A stretch of 64,000 nucleotides of DNA from Squalus acanthias (Eukaryota): contig CM059430.1 of NCBI GenBank assembly GCA_030390025.1, forward strand, positions 74,710,001-74,774,000, in the 5' to 3' direction. Positions 11,745-26,749 of the stretch are shown piece after piece. Positions within the stretch are counted from its first letter, which is position 1, and each line of letters opens with the position of its first letter. The notes beneath the pieces were generated by a model. That model was not told the origin of the DNA. It worked only from the letters and a program-made list of their open reading frames with translations, and searched no databases. The translations under genes and the position numbers were made by a program.

Positions 11745-14700
11745 GAATATAAAAATAGAAGAAATGGGAGAAGGAGTACGCCATGCGGCCCCTCGAGCCT
11801 ACTCCGCTATTCAATAACATCATGGGTCATCTGATCTTGTCCTCAAGTCCACTTTTCTGCCTGTTCCCCATAACCCTTGACACCCCTGTAGTTCAAAATT
11901 ATGTGTGTCTCAGCCTTGAATATGTTCTATAACTCAGCCTCTGCAGCACTCTGGGGTAGAGAATTCCAAATTTGCACGATCCTCTGAGAAAGGTAATTCC
12001 TCCAATTCGTCCAATTCATCTCCGTCTTAACTGGGCGACCCCTTATTCTGAAACTATGCCCCCTACTTCAAGATTCCCCCTCGAGGGGAAACAGCCTCTC
12101 AGCATCTACCCTGTCAAGCCCCCTCAGTATCTTATATATTACAATAAAATCTTCTCTAATTCTTCTAAACTCAATGAGTATAGGCCCAACCTGCTCAGCC
12201 TTTCCTCATAATACAACTCCTTCATCCTAGGAATCAACCTAGTGTACCTTCGCTGAACTGCCTCCAATACAAGGGTATCCCTCCTTAAATAAGGAGAAGA
12301 AGACATGACGCAGTAGCCTGGATGTGGTCTCACCAACGCCCTGTACACTTTTAATAAGACTTCCCTACTCTTATACTCCATCACACTTGCAATAAAGTTC
12401 AACGTTCCATTTATCTTACTAATTACTTGCACTAAAAGCATGCTAACTTTTTGTACTTCATATATGAGGACACGTAGATCCCTCTCTAACGCAGCATTCT
12501 GTAGTCTTTCTCCATCGAAATAATATTTTGCTTTTCTATTTCTCCTACCAAAGTGGATAACCTCACATTTTCCCACGTTATACTCCATCTGCCAAATTTT
12601 TGCCACTCACTTAAACTACCTGTATCCCTATGTAGAATATTTGTGTCCTCCTCACAATTTGTTTTTCCACTTGTGTTTGTATAGTCAGAAAATTTTGCTA
12701 CAGTGCTCTCGGTCCCTTCATCCAAGGCATTAATGTAGATTGTAAATGGTTGAGGCACCAGCACTGATACCTGTGGCACTCCACTAGTTACAGTTTGCCA
12801 ACCTAAAAATGACCCATTTATTCTGACAACTGATTTAGTTAGCTAGCCAAACCTCTATCCATGATAATATATTACCCCAAACACCATGAGCTCCTATTTT
12901 ATGAAGTAACCTTTTATATGGCAACTTATCAAACGGCTTTTGGAAATCCAAATATGCTACATCTACTGGGTCCCCTTTTTCCACCCTGCTCGTTACATCC
13001 TCAAATAACTCGAATATTTTTTTCAAACACTATTTCCCTTTCATAAAACCATGTTGACTCTGCTTGATTTTATTATGATTTTCTAAATGTCTTGCTACTA
13101 TTTCCTTAATATTGGATTCCATATTTTCCCAATGCCAGATTTTACGCTAACTGGCTTGTAGTATCCTGCTTTCTGTCTCCATCCTTTCTTGAATATGGAG
13201 GTTACATTTGCGGCTTTACATTCCACTTCGACCTTTCTAGAGTTTAGGTAATTTTGGAAGATTACAACCAATGCATCTACTATCTCTGCAGCCACTGCTT
13301 TTAAGACCCTAGGGTGCAGACCATCAGATTATGGGGACTTGCTCGCCTTTAGTCCCATTAGTTTGCCGAGTACTCTTTTCTCCAGTGATTGTTTTAAGTT
13401 ACTTCCACCCTTTTGCCCCTTGATTTTCCACTATTATTGGGATGCTTTAGTGTCTTCTACCGTGAAGGCAGATACAAGATATTTGTTCAAAGTCTCTGTC
13501 ATTTCATAGTTTCCCATTATTAATTACCCAGCCTCATCCTCTATTGGACCAACGTTTAGTTTAGCTACACTCTTCCTTTTTACATACTTGTAGAAGTTCT
13601 TACTCTCTGTTTTAATATCTCTTGTTAGTTTACTCTCATAATCTATTTTCTCCCTCTTTATTATTTCTTTAGTCATCCTTTGCAAATTTGTAAAAAATTC
13701 CCAATCTTCTGGCCTACCACTAATCTTCACTATATGGTATGCCTTTTCTTTCAATTTGATACCCTCCTTAAGTTCCTTAGTAAGCCACGAATTGTTCATC
13801 CTTCTCGTTATGTCTTTCTTTCTCGCTGGAATATATTTTTGTTGAGAGTTATGAATCAACTGCTTAAAAGTCTGCCACTGCTTATCTACTGTCTTACATT
13901 TTAATGTATTTTCCACTCCACTTTAGCCAACTCTGTCTCCATACCCTTGTAATTGCCATTATTTAAGTTTGAGGCACTGGTTTCAGACACAATTTTCTCA
14001 CCCTCAAACTGAATGTGAAATTCTTCATGTTATGATCACTCTTCCCTCAAGGATCCTTTACTATGAGCCAATTAATTAATCCTGTCTCATTAAACATTAC
14101 CAGATCAAAAATAGCCTGTTCCCTGGTTGGTTCCACAAAGTATTGTTCTAAGAAACTGTCCTGAATGCACTCTATGAAATTATCGTCAAGGCGCCCTTTG
14201 CCATTTTGATTTGTTCAATCTATATGAAGATTAAAATCGCCCACGATTAATGCAGTACCTTTGTTACAAGCCCCTCTTATTTCTTCATTTAGATTCTGTC
14301 CCACAGTGTAGCTATTGTTAGGTTGCCTATAGTTTAATCTCACCAGTGACTTATTTCCCTTATTATTTCTTATCTCCACACAAACTGAACTGAGCAAAGG
14401 TAATTTCTCACTACTGTACTGAGCTCATCCTTTATTAACAGAGCTACTCCACGTTCTTTGCCTTTCTGCCTATCCTTCAGAAATGTCAAATATGCCTGAA
14501 TATTCATTTCTCATTCTTGATTATCTTGCAGCCACGTCTCTGTAATGGCTATCAGATCATACACACTTATTTCTATTTGTGCCGTCAATTCCTGTATCTT
14601 GATACAAATGCTGCATGCAATCAGATAAAGAAGTTTAATTTTGTCTTTTTAACATTTTTCCCTACTCTGACCCTATTTGCTGGTGCACTCTTATGCGTGT

Positions 14701-15694
14701 ACGCTCTGTCCATTCCTGTCAAACTCTGTTTAACATGAACACTATCGCTACCCTGCACTATTGCCTTGTCATTTCTCTTCAAATTTCTAATTTTACCCTC
14801 ACCTGAACACTCCCAAACACAATCTATTTTAAAGCCCTATCTATAGCCCTAGTTATTCGATTCCCCGGGACACTGGTCCCAGCACGGTTCAAGTACAACC
14901 CGTCCCAACGGAACAGCTCCCTCTTTCCCCAATACTGGTGCTAGTGCCCCATGAATCGAAACCCATTTCTCCCACACCAATTCTTAAGCAATGCATTCAA
15001 CTCTCTGCTCTTATTGATCCTATGCCAATATGCTCGTGGTTCAGGTATTAATCCAGAGATTATGACGTTTGTGGTTTTGCTTTTTAATTAAACCCTTAGC
15101 TGCTCATATTCCCTCAGCAGAACATCTTTCTTAATCCTAACTATGTCGTTGGTAGCTACCTGGACCACGACAACTGTATCCTTCCCTTTCCACTCCAAGG
15201 TCATCACCAGCCTTGAGGAGATTATCTTAAACCTGGCATCAGGCAGGCAGCACAGCCTCCTGGACTCACGCTCTCGGCTGCAGAGAACAGTACCTATCAC
15301 GCTTACTATACTGTACCCTACCACAACTATATTCCTTTTTACTCCCCCAAATTGAAGGACCCCCTGTACCACGGTGCTGTGGTCAGTTTTCTCATCCTCC
15401 CTGCCGTCCCTGCTTTCGTCCACACAGGCTGCAAGAATCTCGTACCTGTTCGACAAGTGCAAGGGCTGAGGCTCCTCCAGTGCCAACTTCTGTATTCCCA
15501 TACCTGACTCATTCGTAGTAACACCGTCCTCTTCCTTGAGCATGGACCAAGTATGAAGTATTTAAACTAAGTGTTGGGACTGCCACCTGGAACAAAGTGT
15601 CCAGGTAATTTCCTCCATCCCTGATGTAACGCAGTGTCCGAAACTCGATCTCCAGCTCATCAACTCTCAGCCGAAGTTCCTCGAGCTGCAGACA
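11745..15694 (-). mobile_element. CR1 LINE copy D, ORF2 plus most of ORF1 (resumes 20926-21728)
   Basis: RT fragments (LDFQKPFDK, KFSDYT), EN fragment (VGDFNLHID), ORF1 esterase fragment 15088-15543 (VVGYS, VATND). Confidence 0.93.
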
Positions 15695-18600
15695 AACAAA
15701 AACATAGAAACATAGGGAAATAGGAGCAGGAGTAAGCCACTCTACCCTTCGAGCCTGCTCCGACATTTAATATGATCATGTCTGATCCTTTATCTCAATT
15801 CCATATTCCCGCTCCCTCACCATACCCCTTGATGTATTTTGTGTCTAGATAACTATCTATCTCCTCCTTAAATATATTCAGTGACTTAGCCTCCACAGCC
15901 TTCTGTGGTAGAGAATTCCACAAGTTCAACATCCTCTGATTGAAGAAATGTCTCCTCATCTCAGTCCAAAATGCCATACCCCGTATCCTGAGACTGTGAC
16001 CCCTAGTTCTGGATCCCACAGCCAGTGGACACATCCTCCATGCATCCAGTGTGTCTAGCCCGTTCAGAATTGTATCCGTTTCACTGAGATGACCTCTCAT
16101 TCTTCTAAACTCGAGTGAATACAGGCCTAGTCGACCCACTCTCTCCTCATACGACACTCCTGACACTCTGGTCAACGTTCTCTGCACTCCCTCTAAGGCA
16201 AGTATATCCTTTCTTAGGTAAGGAGACCAAAACAGCACACAGTACTCCAGGTGTGATCTTAGCACGGCCCTGTATTAATGCAGTACGACATCGTTGCTCC
16301 TGTACTCAAATCAACTTGCAATGAAGGCTAACATACCATTTCCCTTACTAACTGGTTGCTGCACCTGCATGTTTGCTTTCAGTGACTGGTGTACAAGGAC
16401 ACCAGGTCCCTCTGTACATCAACATTTCCCAATCTATGACAATTTATATAATACTTTTCCTTTATGTTTTTCCTACCGAAGTGGATAACTTCACATTTAT
16501 CCACATTATACTGCATCTCCCATGTTTTTGGCCACTCACACAATTTGTCTAAATCGCCTGAAAGCTTCTTTGCATCCTCCTGACAACTCACAATCCCACC
16601 TGGTTTCGTGTCGTCAGCAAACTTGGAAATATGACATTTGGTTCCCTCATGCAAATCATTGATATATATTGTGAATAGCTGGGGCCCAAGCACTGATCCC
16701 TTTGGTAGTCACCGCCTGCCACCCAGGAAAAGACCCATTTATTCCTACTCTCTGTTTCCTGCATGTTAACCAGTTTTGAATCCATGCCAGTATATTACCC
16801 CCAATCAAATGGGATTTAATTGTGCAAACTAAACTCTTATGTGGGACTTCATCAAATGCGTTCTGAAAATCCAAATACACCACATTCACGAGGTCTGCCT
16901 TATCTATTTTACCAGTTACATCCTCAAAAATCTCCAGTAGCTTTGTCAAACACGATTTACATCTCATATATCCATGTTGATTTTGTCTAATCTCATTGAG
17001 ATTTTAGAATTGTTCTTTTATCACATCCTTTATAATAGACTCTAGCATTTTCCCTACTACTGATGTTAGGCTAACCGGTCTGTGGTTCGCTGTTTCTCTC
17101 TCCCTCCTTTTTTAAATAGTGGGGTTACATTTGCCAACCTCCAATCTGCAAGAACTGTTCCATAATCTATAGAATTTCGAAGGTGACAACCAATGCTTCC
17201 ACTATTTCCATGGCTAGCTCTTTTAGTACTCTGGGGATTTATCGGCTTTCTGTTCCATTAATTTCTCCAGCATTATTTTTTTTATGAATTCTAATTTCCT
17301 TTAATTCCACCTTCTCACTGGACCCTTGGGTCCCTCGCATTTCTCGGAAGTTATTTGTGTCCTCTTCCATGAAGACAGATCCAAAGGCTGATACCTGGGA
17401 TGGCAGAAATGACATATGAGGAGAGATTGTGTCGATTGGGCTTATACTCGCTGGAGTATAGAAGAATGAGAGGGGATCTCATCGAAACATATAAAATTCT
17501 GACAGGTCTGGACAAACTAGATGCAGGAAGAATGTCCCCGATGTTCGGTGAGTCCATAACCAGGGGTCATAATCTAAGAATAAGGGGTAAGCCGTTTGAG
17601 ACAGAAATGAGGAAGACTTTCTTCACCCAGAGCGTGGTGTACCTGTGGAATTCTCTACCACAGAAGGTAGTTGAAGTCAAGTAATTAAATATATTCAAGA
17701 ATGAGTTAGATGTATTTTTTAAAGCTAAAGTTATCAAGGGATATGGGGAGAAGGCAGGTACAGGGTACTGAGTTTGGATGATCAGCCATGATCTCATCGA
17801 ATGGCGGAGCAGGCTCGACGGGCCGAATGGTCTGCTCATGCTCCTATCTTCTATGTTTCTATGTTTTCATTGTGGGGACTTTCCTTGTTCCCCATTACAA
17901 ATTCTCCAATTTCTGACTGTAAGGGACCTACATTTGTCTTCACTAATCCTTTTCTTTTTACACATTTGTAGAAGCTTTTACAATCCGCTTTTATGTTCAT
18001 TGCAAATTTACTCTAATACTCTATTGTTTCCCTCTTAATCAATCTCTTGGTCCTTTTTTGATTAACACTAAACGTTTCCCAATCCTCAGGTCTGCTACTT
18101 TTTCTGGCAACTTTATATGACTCCTCTTTGGTTCTAATACTATCCTTAATTTCTATTATTAGCCATGGTTGGACCGATTTTCCTTTTTTGTTTTTTCGGC
18201 AGAAAGGAATGTATAACTGTTGCAATTTGTACATTCGTTCCTTAAATGATAGCCATTGCATATCCACCTTCATGCCTTTTAATGAAGCTCCCCAACATAT
18301 CAGAGCCAACTCACTCCTCATACCTTCGTAGTTTCCTTTGTTTAGATGTAAGACCTTAGTTTCGGATTGGACTTCTTCACTTTCGATCTTATTGAAGAAT
18401 TCTATCATGTTATGGTCATTCTTCCTTAATGGACCACACACAACAAGATTGTTAATTAATCCCTTCTCTTTGCACAATACCCAAATTAGGACAGCCTGTT
18501 CCATAGTTGGCACCTCAATGTACGAGTCAAAAAAACCATCTGGTACACACTCCAGGATTTCATCCTCTACAGTATTATTGTTAATTTGGTTTGGCCAGTC

Positions 18601-20925
18601 TATCTGTAGATTAAAGTCACCCATGATTACAGTACTACCCTTGTTACATGCATCTCTAATTTCCTGTTGGATGCCATCCCCTACATTACCACTACTGCTT
18701 GGAGGCCTATGGAAACTCCCACCAATAATTCCTGCTCCTTGGTGTTTCTTATCTCCACCCAGACTTAAACTATATCTTGATTATCTGAGCCAATATCCTT
18801 TCTCACTTTTGCTCTAACTTCATCCTTTACTAACACCTCCACCCCACTTACTTTTCCTTTTTGCCTGTCCTTCCTAAATATCGAATATTTTTGGATATTC
18901 TGCTCCCAGCATTGGTCACCCCGCAGCCATGTCTCCGTCATCGCAATTATATGCTTTTTATTTCCACCTATTTGCGCTGTTAATTCCTCTACCTTATTTC
19001 AAATGCTTCGTGCATTCAGATGCATGCCTTTAGATATGGCTTTTTAACATTTTTAGAAATCTTAACTTTTTGTGTACTATGGCCCTATTTGTCTTACTAT
19101 TTTTTTCTTTCACAGACCCGATTTGTTAGTGCACTCCTTTGTTTGTACGCTCTGTACCTACCTGGCACGATCTGGCTTTCCTTACCCCAATCCCTTTCTG
19201 CATTGCTTCCTCGTCTTTTCTCTTTAGCTTTCCAGATTTTTCTCCACCGGGACCCTCCCCCACCCCACCTTATTTATTTAAATCCCTATTTACCTCCCTA
19301 GTTATTCGATTCACTAGAACTCTGGTCCATGCATGGTTCAGGTGTAGTCCGTCCCAACGGAACAGCTCTCTCTTTCCCCAGTACTGGTGACACTGCCCCA
19401 CGAAAATAAAGCCCACTTCTCCCACACCCATCTTTGAGCCACGCATTCATCTCCCTGATCCTATTGACACTATGCCAATTTGCTCGTGGCTCCGGTAATA
19501 ATCCAGAGATTATGACCTTTCTGGTTCTGCGTTCTAATTTAGTCCCTAGCTGCAAAAGCTCTCTCAGCAGTCCCTCTTTCTTCATCCTACCTGTGTCGTT
19601 GGTACATACGTGGACCACGACAACTGGATCCTCACCTTCCTAATCCAAGTTATTCTCCAGCACAGAGGAGATTTTCCTTTACCCTGGCTCTAGGTAGGGA
19701 AGTTAGCCTTCGTGACTGCAGAGAACAGTGTCTTTCCCCCTAACTATACTTTCGCCCACTACAACCACCTTCCTTTTTACTCCCCCCACTTCAACAGGTT
19801 CCTATACCACGGTGCCGTTGTCAGTGTGCACGCCGTCCCCGCACTTGTCCACAATGTTTGCAAGAACCTCGAATCTATTGGACAAGAACAGAGACTGAGC
19901 TTCCTGTAATACTACCTCTTGGATCCCGGTACCTGCCTCACTCACAGTAACACCCTCTTGCCACTGACCACGTGTCACTTCTAAAGTTTTTAATCTAAGG
20001 GGTGTGGCTGCCTCCTGGAGCAAAATGTCCAAGTAACTTTCTCCTTCCCTGACGTCTCACAATGTCTGCAGCTCGGTCTCCAGCTCCTCAACACAGAGCC
20101 AAAGTTTCTCGAGCCGCAGACACTTACTGCAAATGTAGTCGCCCTGGACAAAGTGTCCACAAGCTCCCACATATTGCAGCAGCCACACATCTCCTGTTCT
20201 TCCATTATTTTGTTTATTCATTAATTAATTAGTGTTAATCAAATTATTTACCTCGTTTAGTTTATTAAATTAACTGAATTAAGTTCAGTTTTTTAAATTT
20301 GATTATGTGAAATGTAAACATAAAACTTAGCCCACAGTCACTACCAATCACTTACCTGACTTAGCTGTGACGTCACATTGCCGTTTACTCTTGTTGATGC
20401 AGGTCTGCTGCTGCTTTTATCCCCTCTCTCAGTCCTCGGTTTGCTCCCGCTCAGGTGCACCGCCGCTGTGCGGGAGAAGCTAGGAAAAGCAAGCACCTCC
20501 TTACCACACTTCACCGAACTCCCTTACTTACTAAATTCCCAGTTGTTCATTCTGTGCTCACTGTACTCAGTGCTGGCTGCACTCACAGGCACCTGTGTTG
20601 CTACTCTTGGTGACTCAGATGAGTGAGCACTGCACTGCCACTGTTTCAGGAAGCAGTTTAATCTCGTTAGCTAATTACCTAACTACAGCAGCACTCCAGC
20701 AGGAGACCTTGCTTGTTTGACTCTGCTTAAGCCTGAAGAAACTTAAAAATATAAAGATGAAATGTTAACTTAAACAGTTGATTTTACTTAACAGCTACTA
20801 GCAATTAACACTAGATTTTAAAGGACATTAATCCTTAAAAGACCCACACTTACTAAACTCCCTGTTGTTCACTCTCTGCTCACTGCACTCACCGCTGGCT
20901 GCACTCACAGGCCCCTGTGTTTATT
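15695..20925 (-). mobile_element. Full-length decayed CR1 LINE copy E, inserted in ORF1 of copy D
   Basis: Tail aacatagaaacatag at about 15700; RT (LDFQNAFD, KFADDTK), EN (MGDFN), ORF1 fragments 19298-20205 (CGCCNMWE, CTND); repeated 5' UTR to 20925. Confidence 0.93.
17387..17866 (+). mobile_element. 5'-truncated CR1 3' fragment inserted into copy E
   Basis: ORF 17400-17684 (YEERLCRLGLYSLEYRRMRGDLIETYK) in the opposite orientation to its host, ending in a (TTCTATGT)n tail. Confidence 0.92.
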
Positions 20926-21728
20926 ACACTTACTGCAGATGTGGTTGCTGTGGATCACACTGTTGTCCACCAGCTCCCACATACTACAGCTGCAACACAT
21001 CACCTGCCCTGCAATCTCTTTCATTTTGCTTAACTAATTAGGTATTCAAGTTTTGAAATACGCCATTGTCTATTAATATTTTTTAATCTAGGTAATAACC
21101 TTGTTTAATTTAATAAATTTAGTTATATGCTTTAGGCCTTTAATGTAAGTTAGACCACAGTCCTAATTCAAACCTAGTTGTTTATATTTGTTATGTATCA
21201 AGCAGCACCTCTTACCCCTACCTAATCGAATTCCCGCACACACCAAATTCCCGAGTTTAGAACTCTCTAGGAGCAGTATTCCGCAGAAGTGGACTCTGTG
21301 CTACTTGCCTCAGTGCGTTGGCAAAAGCCTTTTCTTTTATACCAACAGAAATGCCAAACCCCTAACTCAGCCCCTGCTGACAGTAGTTACCACGTAGCCA
21401 GTTCTAACTAGCCACCTAATTAACTGTGCCACTGCTACTAGCAGGCAGTTTGTTTACCACTGTGAAAAGAACTGCAAGGTAAGTTAAAGTTAAGTTAAAT
21501 GAAAAATATTAAACACAAAACTTTACTAAATTTTAGTAAGAGATCAATCCTTAAAATTCCCTCGCTCATCAAATTCCCTAGTTTAGTACTCTGTAGAAGC
21601 AGTACTCCATAGAACTGGACTCCGTGCTACTTATCTCCGTGCATTTGCAAAAGCCTCTTGTTTTTATACGAGCAGAAATTCCAAAGCTGTGAATCAGCCC
21701 CTGCTGACAGTAATTACTGGGTAGCCAG
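20926..21728 (-). mobile_element. CR1 copy D: ORF1 N-terminus and tandemly repeated 5' UTR
   Basis: cacttactgcagatgtgg...cagctcccacatactacagctgcaacacatcac continues the ORF1 zinc-finger region broken at 15694; about 326-bp repeat period (21242 vs 21568). Confidence 0.85.
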
Positions 21729-21925
21729 TTCTTTAAAAGCTAGCCACTGCTTATCGACCGCTATACCTTTTAATCTACTTTTCCAATCTATCTTAGCCAA
21801 CTCGCCTCTCATACCTATGTAATTGGTTTCATTTAAGTTTCGGAATCTTGTTTCGGATTTAGCCCACTCAATCTCAAACTTTATGGAAAATTCTATCATA
21901 TTATGATCACTCTGCCCCAGAGGTT
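21729..21925 (-). mobile_element. CR1 copy C, resumed ORF2 segment
   Basis: ORF 21714-21899 (MIEFSIKFE...DKQWLAFKEL) is the ORF2 segment directly upstream of the point where copy C breaks at 11744. Confidence 0.8.
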
Positions 21926-23364
21926 TAGCTCTTCCCTTGGCCGTTTTTTCACATCCACCTTGTCCTGCTCGCTTGTGCTCACTGCACCCCCATTCTAATC
22001 CTCTCTAACACACTCGATAAGTCAGTTAGGATGCCGATATCTGTGCTGGTTCGTGGCAGTGTAAGAAAGAGTGGAATTGAATTGTCATTAGGTTTTTCAT
22101 CGTTGGTCTATCTGGTACTGCGGATGAAGGCTTCTGATTGACCAAGAATAACAGGAGAGGACCAAGGGTTATAGTTGTGAGGGTAAGCACCATCAGCTCC
22201 GTGGCAGTGCAATGGAAAGCCATGTTGTATTTGGATTGCCTGATTGTGTGAGCATGTGACAACAAGATTTAAGTAGAAAGAGAAGAGAGACTGAAAAAGC
22301 CAATCGGCAATGTAATGTTTGGCTTCCATCCTCTCTTTCTCCACTGCTGGGTGCTGTGACTTGTGTACAGCGCAAAGTTTTATAAGATAGTAAGACGTTA
22401 GGTATCTAACATTAACCAGGTAAAGACCAGCTATTGGTAAAAGTTTATAAAAAATGATCCCAACAACAGAAGATACAGAAAAATAAAAGAATTTTCAGTT
22501 TGCTTTCCATTTGTATAGATAATGCTGCTCTGATTTTAAACTGTGTGATAGGTACATTTGTTTCAGTAGTTATTAAGCAGATAATCTAACGATAGTACTG
22601 TTTTAATTTTATGCAATATCTAATTTCTTCTGTTTGGTTGTCTTCTCCTCTGGGGCTAGGAAGCGATCTTTGGATGTGTCTTTGGCCGAAGTACCAGAGA
22701 TTGGTCGTTCTATCTTTGGATGGTTAGCTCGATATTTTTCATTTGTACTGCCAAATTCCACAGTCTTATCTGTTTTTGCTTAGACCAGACGTGTAGGACC
22801 AAATTACAACAGTTTCAACAATGTCATTCAGGTAAATTCAGTCATTCGCAAGACATCCATAATTGTTTCTTTTAATTTATCTCCTTTATCTCAATTTATT
22901 TCCTTTAATTGAATTCGTGGATTTGGCAGTATTACTTATTTTTTTTTCTGTGCCTGCTGTTCACAACTCGCTTGAAGTAATAAAATAATTTTAAGCAATT
23001 ACAAAATTCAAAGATGATACAATACATAAGTATATTGTGTGATTAAAAAACTCTGATACAAAATACAAAATACAATAATACATCAAAGCAATCTCATCCT
23101 ATGATGATAACAGTAAGCTATTCTGCAGGGATGAGTTTTTGCATTGTATCAAGACACGCCTGTGTAGCACTTAACAGCCCTCAGCAACACATGATTTCCC
23201 ACTTTCTAATGGGCGAACTGACGACAGAGAGCACGTTTCGAGCTGGCAATCCAGCTCAACCTGCACATTTCGGGAAAAGGACAATCTGGGAATGGGTTCC
23301 CGTCACCATTTTTTCGTTGGCGGTTTTTCTCAACCCGTTCACCTACCCGCCATTGCCTAGAAGT

Positions 23365-23765
23365 ACAACTTGCAATTATACAGCGCCTTTAACGTAACAA
23401 AAAGTCCGATTGCGCTCACAGGAGCGTACTCAGACAAAGAAATCGACTAGCGAACCAAAGAATGAAATATTAGGAGAGGTGACTAAAAGCTTGATCAAAG
23501 AGATAGATTTACGGAGCATGTTAAAGGACAAGAGAGTGGTATAGAAGTTTCGGGAGAATATTCGAGAGTTTATGGTTTATACAGCTGAAGGCTCGGCAGA
23601 CCATAGTAGGGCGATGGTAGTCGGCGATCCAAAAGAGGCCGGAATTTGAAGAATGCAGGTTTCTGTGAGAATTGTAGGGCCGGAAATAGTTCCAGAGATT
23701 AACAGGGGCGTAGCCATGGAGCGATTTGAAATAAAGGTAATAATTTTAAATTGTCGAACCAGGAG
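23365..23765 (-). mobile_element. L2-like LINE 3' end fragment
   Basis: Terminus reads aggcgctgtataattgcaagttg on the minus strand, resembling L2/L2-dependent SINE 3' tails, followed by purine-rich decayed ORF sequence. Confidence 0.5.
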
Positions 23766-25229
23766 AGCAACACTGACCTCATTGTTTCACTGGAGACAGC
23801 AATGTGAGTCGATGATCAACAGCGCCTGGGTATTAAACATCCGCCTGTGTGGGGCGCAGAAACCAAAGTCGTGTGGGATGTTCGTTTGCCCGAGCAAAAC
23901 CAGCGGGAATTTCCTTCCATTAATTTTAATGAAAGGAAAATATCCCATCCTTCCATCTATATCCTTTCTCCACTACACCTTGGCGACACTTGACGCCCAG
24001 GTGGTAAAGATTAAAATCTACTTGATGTAACATAACAGTACAGATAAAAAAGCCATTCATGTTTCTGCAAATGTTTAGCTTCACTAATTGCACTTATACT
24101 ATCTTAGTCTTCATCATACAATGTGAAATTAATTATTTTATTATTTAATCAATTGAATTTGTACTAAGGTTATTGCAATATATTAAAGACTTGCTACATT
24201 TTATGCTCAGCAAATTTGTGGTGCATTAGTTTAAACAAAACCCCAGCACTATATATTGCTGCTTGCTGCTCCCTTTTGGTCATTATCTGGAACTGGTAAT
24301 ATTTTACATTCCATAAACTAAAGCCACAAGATCTCAATTTAATTTTTCAAAAATCGACAGAATTCCAAATAAATTGAAATAAGAACACATTTTTAAATAA
24401 ACAATAAGGAGTTTATACCGCCATAAGTAGTAAAACATTGTTGAGGCTATGCACTTAAGGCAATCTTTTGGTGAGTAACACACCCGTACTTGTCCTTATA
24501 TCTGTAATAGTATATAACCTTAGTTAAATTTTCCTAATGTTTCCCTGTTTTCAGCTTCATGTGCACAGAAACCGTAATTTCCCTTCGCTATTTTTGCAAA
24601 GCCAGTGGTCAATATCAGTAGCTTTGTTGCTTAATGAATCTACAAAAGAAAATAAATAATGCCGTATGGGGGAAGAATTCTGCTTCCAACATTATTTGTC
24701 TATTTTCACGGAGTCTTATTTTTCACCCAAATATGTTGATACTTTCATTCAACAAGCTTGCAATGGCAATCGCTTCCACTAGTTTCAATGTTTCATTCTA
24801 CTCGTCAATTGGATACATTACAATATCCCTAAATGAAATGTTCAGTTGCACAAGCGTTACGATATTTCCACAATTCTTCACACTTAAATAATTATGCTTT
24901 TAAGTGGAAGTTGTCTTACTGCTCTTGTAGTATAATTTTATTAGAAGCACAATATCAATTTTTCATACTTTTAGAAGGCCTCTTCACAGGATACACATAT
25001 TACTGCATCCAGCATCATTGTTGATTTCTTTCATGCTTCAAAATATAGTGAAAATATTTACAATGTTATTTTTTATTGTATGCGGTCTCTCAGTCTTCCA
25101 CTCCCTCCAATAACTGTCCAGTTCACCTTTTTTCCAAACAATTTGCCTCAACTGCCTCCTCTCGAAGTCTGTTCACCACAGTGATTACTGTAGTTAAATC
25201 TAAACTGTCCATGCTCCTTCTCAAAGGAT

Positions 25230-26749
25230 CATATAATCATGGAATGATGCAGCGCCGTGCCTGTGCCGGCTCTTTTAACATGCTATACAAATAGTTTCAC
25301 TCGGCACCTCTTTCCCCATAGCCGTGCAAAATGATCCCCTTCAATTATTCATCCAATTCCCTTTTGAAAATTACTATTGCACGTGCTTCCACCAGCGTTT
25401 TCCGGCAGTGCATTCCAGATCATAACAAATCACGGATAAAAAAAAATCCTCTTGTGGCTTCAGTTTCTTTTGCCAATTTCCATAAACCTGATTTAAGGTA
25501 ACTGTGTTCAAGATTTCGAACACATTTATCCACTTTCCCCTTAACCTGCGCTGCTCTAAGGAGAACATTCGCAGCTTCTCTATTCTCTCCACATAACTGA
25601 CCTCCCGCATCCCTGGTACCATTCTAGTAAATCTACGTGTCCCCTCCAAGACCTTGACATGCTTCCTAAAGTTTGGTGCCCATTATTGGCCATAATACAC
25701 TGGCTGGGGTCTAATCAGTGATTTACGTAGGATTATCATAACGTCCTTGCTTTTGTACTCTATGCCGCTATTTATAATGCAAAGGATCCCATAAGCCTTA
25801 TTACAGACTTCCCAACTTGCCTTGCCACCTTCAAAGATATGTGCATGTGCACCCATAGGTCTCTCTGTTACTGCAACTTCTTTAAAGTGCTCCATTTCTT
25901 TATATTCTCCCATCTTATTTTTCATACCAAAACGAATCCATTAACACTGCTCTGCGTTAAATTTCATGTGCTATGTCTGCCTTTTTCACCTGTCTGTCTA
26001 CGTCCTCCTCAAATCCTTTACTATCCTCGTAACTTTTTACTACATTTCCGAGTTTCGTGCTATTTGCAAACTTTGATGTTATGCTTTGTATACACAAGTC
26101 CATGTCATTAATATATATGAAAAGGAGCAGTGGACCTTATAACAAGACTTGCGGGATACCACTGTTGACTTCCCTCCAATATCTGAAATCAAACGTTCCT
26201 CTCTAATCTCTGCTTTCTGTCCCTTAGGAAATGTGGTATCCATGCTGCCACAGCCCCTTTATTCCCATGGATTTCAAGGTTGCTCACAAATATATTGATT
26301 GTACCTCATCAAACGCTTTTGATTGTCCTTACACTCAACATCAATCATACTACCATCGTCCATCCTCTCCGTTACTTCATCAATGAAATAAATTAAGTAA
26401 GTCAAACATGACTTGCCTTTAAAAAATCCAGTCTGGTTTTCAATTACTAACTATATTTCTCCAAAAGCCAATTAATTTTGTCCCGGATTATTGTCTCTAA
26501 ATTTTTGCACCTCCGAGGTTATGCTGACTAGAGTGCAGCCCCAATCCCTTTCTTGAACAGAATGTAACATTTGCAATTCTCTGGTTCGCTTGAAATCTTC
26601 CCATATCTGTGGAGGATTGGAAGATTCTCTCCTGAGCCTCCGCAATTTCCACCCTTACTTCCCTCAGCAACCTAGGAAAAATCCCATTCGGAACAGGTGA
26701 CGTTCTACTGAGTGCGTAGCCAACCTTTAAAGTACATCCTGTTTATTTT
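25230..26749 (-). mobile_element. Old CR1 copy H, 3' part (continues 31281-32890 and 36290-36950)
   Basis: ORFs 25374-25649 and 25683-25925 are decayed CR1 thumb/3' ORF2 segments. Confidence 0.88.

Noticed and set aside
22030-22800. Non-repetitive stretch with short open frames
   Set aside because: No consistent splice sites or recognisable protein motifs found by eye.
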